A stretch of 64,000 nucleotides of DNA from Oscillospiraceae bacterium (GTDB lineage Bacteria > Bacillota > Clostridia > Oscillospirales > CAG-382). The stretch covers positions 91,182-155,181 of the forward strand of contig SVTH01000001.1 in NCBI GenBank assembly GCA_015063885.1, given 5' to 3'. Shown here one piece after another: positions 15,093 to 24,443 of the stretch (the stretch's first letter is position 1; each line of letters starts with the position of its first letter). The notes under the pieces are model-generated. The model did no database searches and was not told where the DNA came from. It saw nothing but the letters and a program-made list of their open reading frames with translations. The position numbers were made by a program, and so were the translations under genes.

Positions 15093-17900
15093 TTGCCCAA
15101 CACCGTACAACAGTTTCTGCAAAACCGAAAACTGAATCATAAAAAGCGCCTGCGGTTGGTAGCTATCCTGTTGCTTCTTTCTCTCTGCGTCTCCGCAGAG
15201 GTGTTCTGGTCCCTGCGCCGAACGGGCGTCGCCATGGCAGGGGAAGCCCATTGCGGCATCATCGAGCACTCTCACGGCGATTCCTGCGGGGAGAACTGCT
15301 CCTTGGAAGAGCACGTTCACTCCATGACCTGCTATTCCGACGAGAACGCCGATCGGGAGGTAAAAGCGGATTGGGAGCTGTCCCTCAGCGGCGTCCCCTT
15401 CACCGACAGCCTGGCAAACGACCTGGTTGCGGTTGCAAAGACCCAGCTGGGCTACACCGAAAGCACCGCCAACTTCCACGTGGATGAAAACGGCGTCCGT
15501 CACGGCTATACCCGTTACGGACAGTGGTACGGAAGCCCCTACGGCGATTGGTCCTCCATGTTCGTGGCCTTCTGCCTGTACTACACGGGCGTCCCCCACG
15601 GTGTGATCCCCATGTATTCCGGAGACGAGACCCTCCGCATGGCGTGGGAGGAACTGGGACGCTACGTTCCCGCTGCGGAACACGATCCGGAGAAGGGAGA
15701 CCTGGTCTTCCTGGATCCCAACGGAGACGGCCGGGCCGATGGGGTGGGCATCCTCACCGAGGTGACGGACTCCTCCCTGAAGCTGATCGCAGGGGACGTC
15801 AACGACGCCGTTTCGGAGCTTGCTTATCACAAGAGCGAGACGACGGTTCAAGGCTACGTACCCGTTTCCGCCGTTCAGGCTGTTCTGTGGGAAAGCGGGA
15901 CCATCCGCCTGCGCCGTTCCGTCGCCCTTCCCACCTTCGGAGCAGGAAACGCCGTTACCCTGGATTCCTCCTCCCAGATCATCAAGCCGGGCGGCGCCAA
16001 TTCCGCCACCGACGGCACCAAGGTCAGCAAGGTCATTGCGGGCACCGGCATTGAGAACATTTTCGACATCACCCTTACCGTAGAGACCTCCCAAAAGATC
16101 GAGGAGATCTACGAGGAGCCGGACATGGCGGTGGTCATCGTCATGGACATCTCCAACACCATGGTCACCGGTTATCTTTCCGACGGTAAGAGCAGATACG
16201 CCGCGGCGGTGGAAGCCGCCACGGATTTTCTGGAGCATTTTGCCGAAGAGGCGGGAGCGGTCAGCGAAGTGGGCTTCGTAGCCTTCAACACCTCCGCTCA
16301 TAAGATCTTTGACCTCCAGCAGTGCGACACCCAAGCGCAAGCCGCCGCACTGGCAGGCAAGATGTCTTCCGAGACAAATAAGATCATCAGTCAGTATCTC
16401 CCCAATTCGGTATCCAATACCTATTATCAATCCATGCGCTTCACCAACATTGAAGGCGGGTTGAAGATGGGATGGGATATGATCAAGGATTCCCACTGCG
16501 AGAACAAGCACATCATCTTCTTGAGTGACGGATTCCCCACCACCTATCTGAAAAATCACAACGGTACCGATTATGCGGGCTACGACCCCAACACCGGGAG
16601 CGGCACCAAAGGCCAGGACGGCGTCTTCTACGATTACGTAACGGGCTACTACTGCTCCTACGGTACCAGCTACAGCGATAAGGCAGCCATCTATGCAAGA
16701 CAAATGGCCACCGGCATCAAGAACGCCGGCGGCAAGATCTTCTCCATCGGCATCGACATCGGCGGCCAGACCATCGCAGGCTACGACGGAAGAACCGGAC
16801 TCTCGGTCATCGACCGTTCCGGCAAGACCTACGAATTGGGCTCCGCCGACGATCCCAACGCCTTCAAAAATTGGCTTGGCAATAAGATCGGCTCCGGCTA
16901 CTACTACGACAGCACCGACACCGCAGGCCTGAAAGCGGCCTACGACGCCGTCTTCGACGAGATCCGACGGCTCCGCGAGGAAGGGGCCAAGGCGGACTGG
17001 ACCTCCACGGACCCCCTGCCCCTCATGGGCGCCTCGGAGACCCATTCCGTAGAATTCATCGGCTTCTTCGACGTGGGCGGTAACCTGGTTCCGCTGTCAC
17101 AGTCCAACTCCCTGGCAGGCACCCACATGACGGGTGCGGAGGATACGGTGTATTTCGATTCCTCCGATCACCAGATCCATTGGGACCTGAAGAACTCCGG
17201 CTATACCTCCGTCTCCTCGGGAGGGGTCACCTACTACAAATACGAGGTGGTCTACCGGGTGAGGCTACGCAACGAATGCCATTGCTTCGTGGAGCACCAG
17301 GAGTACGACACCAACGACGTGACCACGCTGAATTACCGTTTGATCGAGTCCGTCGACGGACAGCAGACCATTTCAGTAAACAAGACCTTGAATTATCCCA
17401 TCCCCTCCGTCAAAGGCTACCGCGGGGAGTTCACCTTCCAAAAGGTGGATCCCAACGGCGGGGCGGTGGCGGGTGCGGAATTCACCCTCAGCCACGACAC
17501 GGAAAACTGTAAGATCTGCCACGGCGACGGCACCTCCGTCACCACGGTTCCCGATTATGTTGCAGTCTCCGATGAAAACGGCACCGTCACCTTCACGGAG
17601 ATCCCCTCCGGGCACCGCTACAAGCTGACGGAAACGGGCATCCCCTCCGGCTACCTGGATACGGGGCGCAAGTATTGGGCAAGCGTCTCCTATGACGTTA
17701 CCTCCGTGAACGCCGCCTCCGTCAACGGCACCGCCATTGAGTGGGACGGCAAGGTCCTCAACCTTCTGCCCTACGACCTTCCCGGCACGGGAGGCACGGG
17801 CACCAAGTGGTATCTGATCGTGGGATCCACTCTCATCGCCGTCTCTCTGTTCTGCCTTTTCCTGCAGAACAAAAGACGAAAACAGAGAAGATTGTGTTAA
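15093..17900 (+). CDS. Sortase-anchored pilus tip adhesin (vWA domain, CHAP-like domain, Cna-B/SpaA-like domain)
   Basis: 935 aa. TTG start 7 nt after AGGAGG. Cys/His motifs EHSHGDSC and EEHVHSMTC; CHAP/NlpC-like block YGQWYGSPYGDWSSMFVAFCLYY...GDLVFLD; MIDAS-like VVIVMDISNTM; C-terminal LPGTG plus hydrophobic helix plus KRRKQRR. Confidence 0.8.
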   Translation: MPNTVQQFLQNRKLNHKKRLRLVAILLLLSLCVSAEVFWSLRRTGVAMAGEAHCGIIEHSHGDSCGENCSLEEHVHSMTCYSDENADREVKADWELSLSGVPFTDSLANDLVAVAKTQLGYTESTANFHVDENGVRHGYTRYGQWYGSPYGDWSSMFVAFCLYYTGVPHGVIPMYSGDETLRMAWEELGRYVPAAEHDPEKGDLVFLDPNGDGRADGVGILTEVTDSSLKLIAGDVNDAVSELAYHKSETTVQGYVPVSAVQAVLWESGTIRLRRSVALPTFGAGNAVTLDSSSQIIKPGGANSATDGTKVSKVIAGTGIENIFDITLTVETSQKIEEIYEEPDMAVVIVMDISNTMVTGYLSDGKSRYAAAVEAATDFLEHFAEEAGAVSEVGFVAFNTSAHKIFDLQQCDTQAQAAALAGKMSSETNKIISQYLPNSVSNTYYQSMRFTNIEGGLKMGWDMIKDSHCENKHIIFLSDGFPTTYLKNHNGTDYAGYDPNTGSGTKGQDGVFYDYVTGYYCSYGTSYSDKAAIYARQMATGIKNAGGKIFSIGIDIGGQTIAGYDGRTGLSVIDRSGKTYELGSADDPNAFKNWLGNKIGSGYYYDSTDTAGLKAAYDAVFDEIRRLREEGAKADWTSTDPLPLMGASETHSVEFIGFFDVGGNLVPLSQSNSLAGTHMTGAEDTVYFDSSDHQIHWDLKNSGYTSVSSGGVTYYKYEVVYRVRLRNECHCFVEHQEYDTNDVTTLNYRLIESVDGQQTISVNKTLNYPIPSVKGYRGEFTFQKVDPNGGAVAGAEFTLSHDTENCKICHGDGTSVTTVPDYVAVSDENGTVTFTEIPSGHRYKLTETGIPSGYLDTGRKYWASVSYDVTSVNAASVNGTAIEWDGKVLNLLPYDLPGTGGTGTKWYLIVGSTLIAVSLFCLFLQNKRRKQRRLC

Positions 17901-17970
17901 ACCTCAACACCCTTCTCTCACCAACTTACGAAATAAAAAAATTTGAGAATATTCAGAAAGGAATACTCAC

Positions 17971-19677
17971 ATGAAAAAAGTTTTATCTCTCGCATTGGTC
18001 ATCGTCATGATGATGGCGCTGAGCATTTCCGCAGTGGCAACCACTGTTTCCATCAACGATCCCGAAAACGTTCTGACGGATCATACCTTCGTAGCTTATC
18101 AGATCCTCGCAGGCGACTACGACGAAACCTCCAAGACCCTGTCCAACATCACCTGGGGCAGCGGCGTTGACGGCGAAGACTTGGTTGCAGAGCTGAAGTC
18201 CGATTCTTACGATGCGGTCTTTGCCAACAAGTTCGACGCTCTGGATTCCACTAAGGTATCCTGCCCCTCCGATCTGGCAGCCATCCTCAAGGAGTTTGCG
18301 GAAACCTCCGCTGAGATCGAAAAGTTTATCGAAATTGCATTCAAGCACACCCACGGCTCCGGCACCACCATCGTGACCTCCGGCACCGACCTTCCTTACG
18401 GCTACTACCTGATCGTCGATACCACCGTGGTATCCGGCGAGTACGCTGTGAACAACGCGGCGCTTCTGCAGGTAGCAGGGGATGATATCACCATCAACGC
18501 CAAGGTTGAAAAGCCCACCATGGAAAAGAAGGTCAAGGAAAACGGCGAGTACACCGCAGACGACGGCTACGGCACAGGCTACAACGACGTTGCAACCTAT
18601 TCCATCGGCGATACCGTTCCCTTCGCACTCTATTCCACAGTTCCGGATCTCTCCCAGTACACCGAGTACGAGATGATCTTCAAGGATAATCTTTCCAAGG
18701 GTCTGACCCTGGATGCCGACAGCATCAAGGTAACCATCGGCGGCGTGGAGATCACCAAGGGCACTGTTTCCGAAGGCGTATTCACCGGCGACTACCACGT
18801 AGAAATCACCCCCGTCACCACCGCAAACCAGGTTCTTCCCCATATGCCCGAAGGAAACACTTTGATCTCCGTACACATTCCCGATCTGAAGAGCATCACC
18901 ATCGACGATGGCACCGGCGCAAGATCTGTGAAGAAGGGCGACAAGATCGTCGTTACCTACGACACCGTTCTCAACAATAACGCCGTGATCGGCACCCCCG
19001 GTAACTTGAATACCGCATACCTTAACTTCTCCAACGATCCCGATTCCGACAGCCACGGTAAGACTCCCGACGATCAGGTCATCGTCTTCACCATGGGTCT
19101 TGAGCTGGACAAGGTTGACGGCGCCAACACTGCTACCAAGCTGAAGGGCGTTGAGTTCGCAGTTTGGAAGGACGAAGCCAAGTCCGCTTTCGCAATCGTC
19201 GATGCCAATAAGAGATTCGCAGGGTGGGTAGATGCAAGTACTCTCACCGATACCAACTCCGACGGTCTTGTCAACGTTTACGACTACACCTCTGCCGAGT
19301 ACACCGCAGTTTACGTCACCGATACCAACGGCAACGTTTCCATCTACGGTCTGGACAACGGCACCTACTATGTAGAAGAGACCAAGGCGCTGGCAGGCTA
19401 CAACAACATCTTGGGTCTGATCCCCGTCACCATCAATGCAGATACCGTTTACGGTCAGACCTGGGATCTTTCTCCCGACTCCGCTCTGAAGGGTCTTGCC
19501 AACGATACCGATTCCGATTGGCTCACCGAGAAGCAGATCCAGAACTTCGGCGGTACCGTTCTCCCCGAGACCGGCGGCATCGGCACCGTACTCTTCATCG
19601 CAGCCGGCTGCGTTCTGATCCTGGGCGCTTCCGTTGTGATGGTGACCCGCAAGAAGATGTCCGTATACGAAGACTGA
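17971..19677 (+). CDS. Major pilin (isopeptide/SpaA-type backbone subunit), LPETG-anchored
   Basis: 568 aa. Signal peptide MKKVLSLALVIVMMMALSISAVA, Cna-B-like GVEFAVWKDE, YYVEETKALAGY (E-box-like), C-terminal LPETGG plus TM plus RKK. Confidence 0.8.
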   Translation: MKKVLSLALVIVMMMALSISAVATTVSINDPENVLTDHTFVAYQILAGDYDETSKTLSNITWGSGVDGEDLVAELKSDSYDAVFANKFDALDSTKVSCPSDLAAILKEFAETSAEIEKFIEIAFKHTHGSGTTIVTSGTDLPYGYYLIVDTTVVSGEYAVNNAALLQVAGDDITINAKVEKPTMEKKVKENGEYTADDGYGTGYNDVATYSIGDTVPFALYSTVPDLSQYTEYEMIFKDNLSKGLTLDADSIKVTIGGVEITKGTVSEGVFTGDYHVEITPVTTANQVLPHMPEGNTLISVHIPDLKSITIDDGTGARSVKKGDKIVVTYDTVLNNNAVIGTPGNLNTAYLNFSNDPDSDSHGKTPDDQVIVFTMGLELDKVDGANTATKLKGVEFAVWKDEAKSAFAIVDANKRFAGWVDASTLTDTNSDGLVNVYDYTSAEYTAVYVTDTNGNVSIYGLDNGTYYVEETKALAGYNNILGLIPVTINADTVYGQTWDLSPDSALKGLANDTDSDWLTEKQIQNFGGTVLPETGGIGTVLFIAAGCVLILGASVVMVTRKKMSVYED

Positions 19678-19749
19678 TTCCAAACTTAAATCCGTTGGAG
19701 GGCTTCCCGCCCTCCAACGGTCCCACCGTAAAGCAGTAGAGAGAAGCCT

Positions 19750-20601
19750 ATGAAAAAAAACGTCACAAAAACGGGAATCATCCTGTTAGCGATCCTCCTC
19801 GTAGGCATCTGTGTATTGCTTTACCCCACCTTCAGCCGGTATTGGAACTCCCGCACCCAGTCCCGGGCCGTGGAAAACTACCGCGAGATCCTGGATTCCT
19901 TAACGGAAGACCAATACGCAGAGCTGTTCGACCGCGCAGCCGCCTACAACGCAGAGCTGCAGACCCTTGCCACCCCCTTGTGGCACTACAACCAAGTCAA
20001 GGGCTACAACGATATCCTCAACGTCAGCGGCACGGGCATCATGGGGTATATCACCATCGAAAAGCTGGGCGTTGAGCTCCCCATCTACCACGGCACCTCC
20101 GCCGACATCTTAAACGACGCCTGCGGACACCTGGAGGGCTCCTCCCTTCCCGTGGGAGGGCCGGGCACCCACTCCGTCCTTTCCGCCCACCGCGGCCTGC
20201 CCCACGCAAAGCTGTTCACCGACCTGGACAGAATGGAGCAGGGCGACACCTTTACCATCACCATCCTGGACCGCACCGTGACCTACATGGTGGATCAGGT
20301 CAAGGTGGTGCGTCCGGATCAAACGGAGGACCTGGAGATCGTCCCCAACGAAGAGTATTGCACCCTGCTGACCTGCACCCCCTACGGCATCAATTCCCAC
20401 CGTCTGCTGGTGCGGGGCACCCGTATCGAAAACGCAAAACCCATCCTTTATGTCACGTCCGATGCCTATATGATCGACTCCCTGGTGGCGACCCCCGTGG
20501 TGGCGGCGCCCATCCTGCTGGTTCTGTTGATCTATCTGATGGTCAAATACCGTGACAAAGGCAGTAAACCCATCATTGTGGAAAAGGAGAACGAAGAATG
20601 A
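19750..20601 (+). CDS. srtC: Class C (pilin-polymerising) sortase
   Basis: 283 aa. N-terminal and C-terminal TM helices, SAHRG (His), TLLTCTPYG (Cys), LLVRG (Arg). Confidence 0.9.
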   Translation: MKKNVTKTGIILLAILLVGICVLLYPTFSRYWNSRTQSRAVENYREILDSLTEDQYAELFDRAAAYNAELQTLATPLWHYNQVKGYNDILNVSGTGIMGYITIEKLGVELPIYHGTSADILNDACGHLEGSSLPVGGPGTHSVLSAHRGLPHAKLFTDLDRMEQGDTFTITILDRTVTYMVDQVKVVRPDQTEDLEIVPNEEYCTLLTCTPYGINSHRLLVRGTRIENAKPILYVTSDAYMIDSLVATPVVAAPILLVLLIYLMVKYRDKGSKPIIVEKENEE

Positions 20602-21536
20602 AAAACAAAGTCAGCCTCATCATCCTGACGGTATGCCTTCTTTTGATCCCCTATACCGTATACGCTCTTTCCACCGATCAAGCCAAGGAGCCCGTCGATC
20701 CCGACGCCCTGTGTACCCTCACCTTGACCTACGCCTCCGCCGAGGCTGCATTGCCCCCTCTTACGGTGGAGGTGTACCGTGTGGCAGAGGTCTCCCGGGA
20801 TTTCCGTTATACCCTTACGGAAGCCTTCGGCGACAGCGGCTTGATCCTGAACGGCCTGCTCTCCCAAAGCGAGTGGAACACCCTGCGTACCACCCTGGAT
20901 TCCTACGTGACCTCCAACGGCGTGTCTCCTACGGCCACCCTTACCACCGACGAGAACGGCGCGGCATCCTTTGCCGACCTGGCAACGGGCCTGTACTACG
21001 TCTCTCCCCAAACCGTCACCGTGGACGGCTTCCGTTACTACTTCGCTTCCGCCGTGATCGCCCTCCCCGACCTGCGTGAGGACGGCACCTGGAACTACGA
21101 GATCACCGCCAAGCCCAAGCCCGACGTCCGCCCTCCCTCCTCCACCGACCTGGAATACCGCGTTCTCAAGCTGTGGAAGGGCGGGGAAGAGGAGACCCGT
21201 CCCACGGAGATCACCGTTGACCTGCTGAAGGACGGCACCGTGGTGAAAACCGTCACCCTCTCCGAGGAAAACGGCTGGAGCTACTCCTGGTTTGCCGCCG
21301 ACGACGGCAGTCTTTGGACGGTGGCGGAGCAGAACGTTCCCGAGGGCTATACCGTCACCGTGGAACAGAACGACACCGTCTACACCGTGGTGAATACCCT
21401 GGAATCCTCCGACGATTCCAGCATGGGCAACCCCGGCGACGCAGGCAACCTGAACTTCATCATTCTCTTCCTTTGCGCCGCAGGGATCGTCTTGGTCCTG
21501 CTGGGCATGCAGAGAAGAAAGGGCGTTGAAGCATGA
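20598..21536 (+). CDS. Minor/basal pilin with Cna-B domain and non-canonical sorting signal
   Basis: 312 aa. Signal peptide, Cna-B block KLWKGGEEETRPTEITVDLLKDGTVVKTVTLSEENGWSYSW...VPEGYTV. The tail is NPGDAG plus hydrophobic helix plus RRKG instead of LPxTG. ATGA overlap with srtC. Confidence 0.65.
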   Translation: MKNKVSLIILTVCLLLIPYTVYALSTDQAKEPVDPDALCTLTLTYASAEAALPPLTVEVYRVAEVSRDFRYTLTEAFGDSGLILNGLLSQSEWNTLRTTLDSYVTSNGVSPTATLTTDENGAASFADLATGLYYVSPQTVTVDGFRYYFASAVIALPDLREDGTWNYEITAKPKPDVRPPSSTDLEYRVLKLWKGGEEETRPTEITVDLLKDGTVVKTVTLSEENGWSYSWFAADDGSLWTVAEQNVPEGYTVTVEQNDTVYTVVNTLESSDDSSMGNPGDAGNLNFIILFLCAAGIVLVLLGMQRRKGVEA

Positions 21537-22117
21537 AAAAGACCAACCGTACCACCCTTCGCAACCTGTGCATCGTCGCAGGTTGCGCCCTTATTGTGGG
21601 CGCCTTGGCGTTGCTGATCCTCAGCGTGGCCTCCCGCTCCCTCTACCGCTTTCGCTGTGCGGAATACGTCTCCGCCATCGGGGCGACCCTCCCTCCCGTG
21701 GAAAACGCCGTTCCCGAGCCGGGCAGAAACAACACCATGCCCGTCCTTCCCGTAGAGGGTGTGGATTTCGTGGCCTTGCTGGAGCTTCCCGCTTTCCAAA
21801 CCCGTCTCCCCGTGTGCAACCAATGGGGGAGCCCCGAGAAATACCCCTGCCGCTTCACCGGGAGCGCCTACGACGGTACCTTGATCGTAGGGGTGCAAGA
21901 GCACCTTTTCCCCGCGGCGGAGCAGCTCTACGTCGGCGATCTCCTCACCCTCACGGACATGACGGGCAACCGTTTCTCCTACCGTATTGCCAACATCGAG
22001 ATCCACGAAAACGTGGAAGCCGAGACCCTGCAAGACACCGATCACCCCCTGACCCTGTTCGTCAAGCACTCCTTTTCCTCCAAATACACCGTCCTCCGCT
22101 TGGACGTGGCGTTGTAA
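21533..22117 (+). CDS. Sortase-fold-like membrane protein lacking the canonical TLxTC cysteine
   Basis: 194 aa. N-terminal TM. GTLIVGVQEHLF...YVGDLLTLTD...YRIANIEI...HPLTLFVKH...LRLDV aligns by eye to the sortase His, GD, TLxTC and Arg blocks, with Lys/His where the Cys is expected. Confidence 0.4.
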   Translation: MKKTNRTTLRNLCIVAGCALIVGALALLILSVASRSLYRFRCAEYVSAIGATLPPVENAVPEPGRNNTMPVLPVEGVDFVALLELPAFQTRLPVCNQWGSPEKYPCRFTGSAYDGTLIVGVQEHLFPAAEQLYVGDLLTLTDMTGNRFSYRIANIEIHENVEAETLQDTDHPLTLFVKHSFSSKYTVLRLDVAL

Positions 22118-22126
22118 ACGATAGAA

Positions 22127-22163
22127 AGACCTGCCGTTTTTGCAAGTTTCGGCAGGTCTTTTT
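22127..22163 (+). terminator. Rho-independent terminator ending the pilus operon
   Basis: agacctgccg / cggcaggtct: 10-bp stem, then tttt. Confidence 0.75.
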
Positions 22164-22213
22164 GCAAACCTTTTACAGTTCCTACACAAATCCTATTTTT
22201 TGAGTAAAAACTA

Positions 22214-22242
22214 TTGCAATTTGAAAAATCTTGTGATATACT
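22214..22242 (+). promoter_or_regulatory. Sigma-A promoter of the sipW operon
   Basis: TTGCAA (22214-22219), 17 nt, TGaTATACT (22234-22242), in an AT-rich gap. Confidence 0.5.
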
Positions 22243-22348
22243 TATAGAACCATAATGCGGAAAATTTACATTTTGTCAAAGAATTGTCGCATATTGCCAT
22301 CGACCCACACCCCCCGCGCAAATTCTGCGTAGAAAGAGGTTCTCATTT

Positions 22349-23080
22349 ATGAAAGAAAAAGGGTTCAATAAGCAAAAGCTCCTGACGATCATCGGGGCAG
22401 TGCTGTGCGTGATTTTGATCCCCATCCTGGTGATCAACGTCACCCTGATCGTCAAAAGCTTTGTCAACCAGGACGAGGTCCCCAGCGTAGGCGGCTACTT
22501 GCCCCTCTTCGTGTTGACCGACTCCATGTATCCCGAGATTGAAAGCGGAGACTTGATCATCTGCCAAACCATTGACCCTTCCGAGATCAAGGTGGGGGAC
22601 GTGATCTCCTTCTTTGACCCCGAGGGCAACGGAACCAGTGTGGTCACCCATAAGGTCATCGAGATATTGAACGATAACGGCACCCTCTCCTTCCGTACCC
22701 AGGGTACCAACAACAACACGCCCGACGCCCTGCCCGTCCCCGCCGAGAACCTGGTGGGCATCTACCGCAGCCGCATCCCCGGCGCAGGCAGTGTCGCCAT
22801 GTTCCTGCAGACGGTTCCCGGTTTGATCGTATGTATCGTCCTGCCCATCGGCATCTTCGTGGCTTACGAGGTCATCCGCCGCCGTAAGTTCGATAAGGAA
22901 AAGCAGGAGGACACTAAGGCTCTCCTGGCAGAGCTGGAAGCCCTCCGTGCCCAGCAGGCACATGCCCAGCAGGCCGCCGCTAACCAAGCCAAAGCCGCAG
23001 AAACCCCTGTGGAAACTCCCGAGGAAACTCCCGAGGAAACTCCTGCGGAATCTCCCGAGGATAACACCCCCGCAGAGTAA
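22349..23080 (+). CDS. sipW: SipW-type (S26B, archaeal/ER-like) signal peptidase I, copy 1
   Basis: 243 aa. N-terminal TM, Ser box LTDSMYPEI, His box VVTHKVI, TQGTNNNTPD, second TM, then a coiled/low-complexity tail (ETPEETPEETP). Confidence 0.85.
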   Translation: MKEKGFNKQKLLTIIGAVLCVILIPILVINVTLIVKSFVNQDEVPSVGGYLPLFVLTDSMYPEIESGDLIICQTIDPSEIKVGDVISFFDPEGNGTSVVTHKVIEILNDNGTLSFRTQGTNNNTPDALPVPAENLVGIYRSRIPGAGSVAMFLQTVPGLIVCIVLPIGIFVAYEVIRRRKFDKEKQEDTKALLAELEALRAQQAHAQQAAANQAKAAETPVETPEETPEETPAESPEDNTPAE

Positions 23081-23199
23081 ACACCTTTCTCCGTTTCCCC
23101 GCATCACGCTCAAATCAGAACGCTAAGGGCCCTTTTAATCTGTAGCCGTGTGCCGAACTTCTCGCACCATACTCCAAAAAACGGCTTCGCACTACCGCC

Positions 23200-23345
23200 T
23201 CCCGCCCTTTTTGTCACCCTGAGCGAGGAGGGGCGTACAGCGTTCCTGTGGGAGCGCCGCAGAACCAACCCCGACGAGTCGTACTCTTATTTGCGGCGTG
23301 AGCCCAAATAAGAGGCAAAAACGGCAAGCCGTTTTTGAGGGTCTC
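23200..23345 (-). repeat. Partial inverted copy of the 33.9-35.1 kb repeat unit
   Basis: The reverse complement aligns by eye to 34273-34410 and 34692-34825 (accctcaaaaa-hairpin-tttttg, ctcttat..gggctcacgcc..ataagag, ctcgctcagggtgacaaa). Confidence 0.7.
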
Positions 23346-23588
23346 GTTCCCCCATAGCGGCAACGCCTCACCCACACCCCGCCGACAACTGTTTACACGA
23401 CCCCCGGTATTTATCCCTCAAAAGCCACGCTGAGGGTGAATATAAAAAATGCCGCGGCATTCTCCGCGATGGGCAATCACCAAAAACACGTGGATGCCCG
23501 GCAATATTCCCCCCGTTAGGATCGGGAGGGATAAATAACAAAAGGTTTTGGGGGACTCCAAAACCAACATGAAAGGAGATTCATTTTT

Positions 23589-24290
23589 ATGAAGAAAAAC
23601 TTGATGATGAGAATGGCTTCCGTTCTCTTGATCGCAGTCCTGATGTCCACCTGCGCCATCAGCGGCACCTTCGCAAAGTACGTAACTTCTGATGAAGGTT
23701 CTGACATGGCGCGCGTTGCTAAGTGGGGCGTTGTAGTTGAAGCAAAAAACTTCGGCATGTTCGAGATGGATTATGAAACCGATGATGACGAAGCAACTTT
23801 TACTGGCGACTACTCGGTATCTTCCGCTAAAGGCGATCGTGACGATCTTTTGGCACCCGGTACGAGCGGTTCTTTTGCTAACATTAAGATCACCGGTACT
23901 CCCGAAGTAGCTGTTGATGTTTCCATCGTTGCAACTGTTGTAGTTTCTGAAAACTGGATTGATGGCGATGGCAATTTCTATTGCCCCGTTGTTGTAACTG
24001 TTGGTGCTGCTAAGTTTAATGGCTTGGATTATGCTTCTGCTACTGATTTTGCGAAAGCTATCCAAGATGAAATTAAGGGAAAGTCTATGCAGTACGCTCC
24101 CAACACCAATCTTGCAGAAATCTATGATAACACCAATTTGGATCTGGCTTGGGCATGGGCATTCGAGAATGCTACAGGCACCGAGAACAACCAAACCGAT
24201 GTAAAGGATACTTTCCTTGGCAACGCTGCCGTTACCGAAGATCTGACCATCTCTATCGGTGTTTCTATCACCGTTACCCAGATCGACTAA
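23589..24290 (+). CDS. TasA/camelysin-like secreted protein with SipW-cognate-type signal (candidate major fibre subunit)
   Basis: 233 aa. AAAGGAGA RBS. N-terminus MKKNLMMRMASVLLIAVLMSTCAISGTFAKYVTS, ARVAKW, LAPGTSG, WAWAFE...DTFLGN...LTISIGVSITVTQID. Lower GC than its neighbours. Confidence 0.65.
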   Translation: MKKNLMMRMASVLLIAVLMSTCAISGTFAKYVTSDEGSDMARVAKWGVVVEAKNFGMFEMDYETDDDEATFTGDYSVSSAKGDRDDLLAPGTSGSFANIKITGTPEVAVDVSIVATVVVSENWIDGDGNFYCPVVVTVGAAKFNGLDYASATDFAKAIQDEIKGKSMQYAPNTNLAEIYDNTNLDLAWAWAFENATGTENNQTDVKDTFLGNAAVTEDLTISIGVSITVTQID

Positions 24291-24443
24291 TGAAACCTTA
24301 TTCGTCTCTCCGACCCGACGTGGCAGGGTCGGAGGGGCGTACCCCTAAAAGCTTCTATTTCTTTGCAAGCTCCCGTCTTTTTGGGCGACGGAAGTCTACA
24401 AAGGAACGGAACCTTTTCCGAACCATTGCAAAAAGGAGGAACC

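Noticed and set aside
19750-19762. The A8 tract right after the srtC start codon as a phase-variation switch.
   Set aside because: It simply encodes the Lys-rich n-region (MKKN) of a signal anchor. Such tracts are common at this position, and I have no evidence of length variation.
22900-23080. The ETPEETPEETP / AQQAHAQQAAANQAKAAE low-complexity tail of SipW copy 1 as a separate feature.
   Set aside because: It is a short in-frame low-complexity linker or coiled tail, and SipW copy 2 has an analogous charged tail. It is not an independent repeat element.
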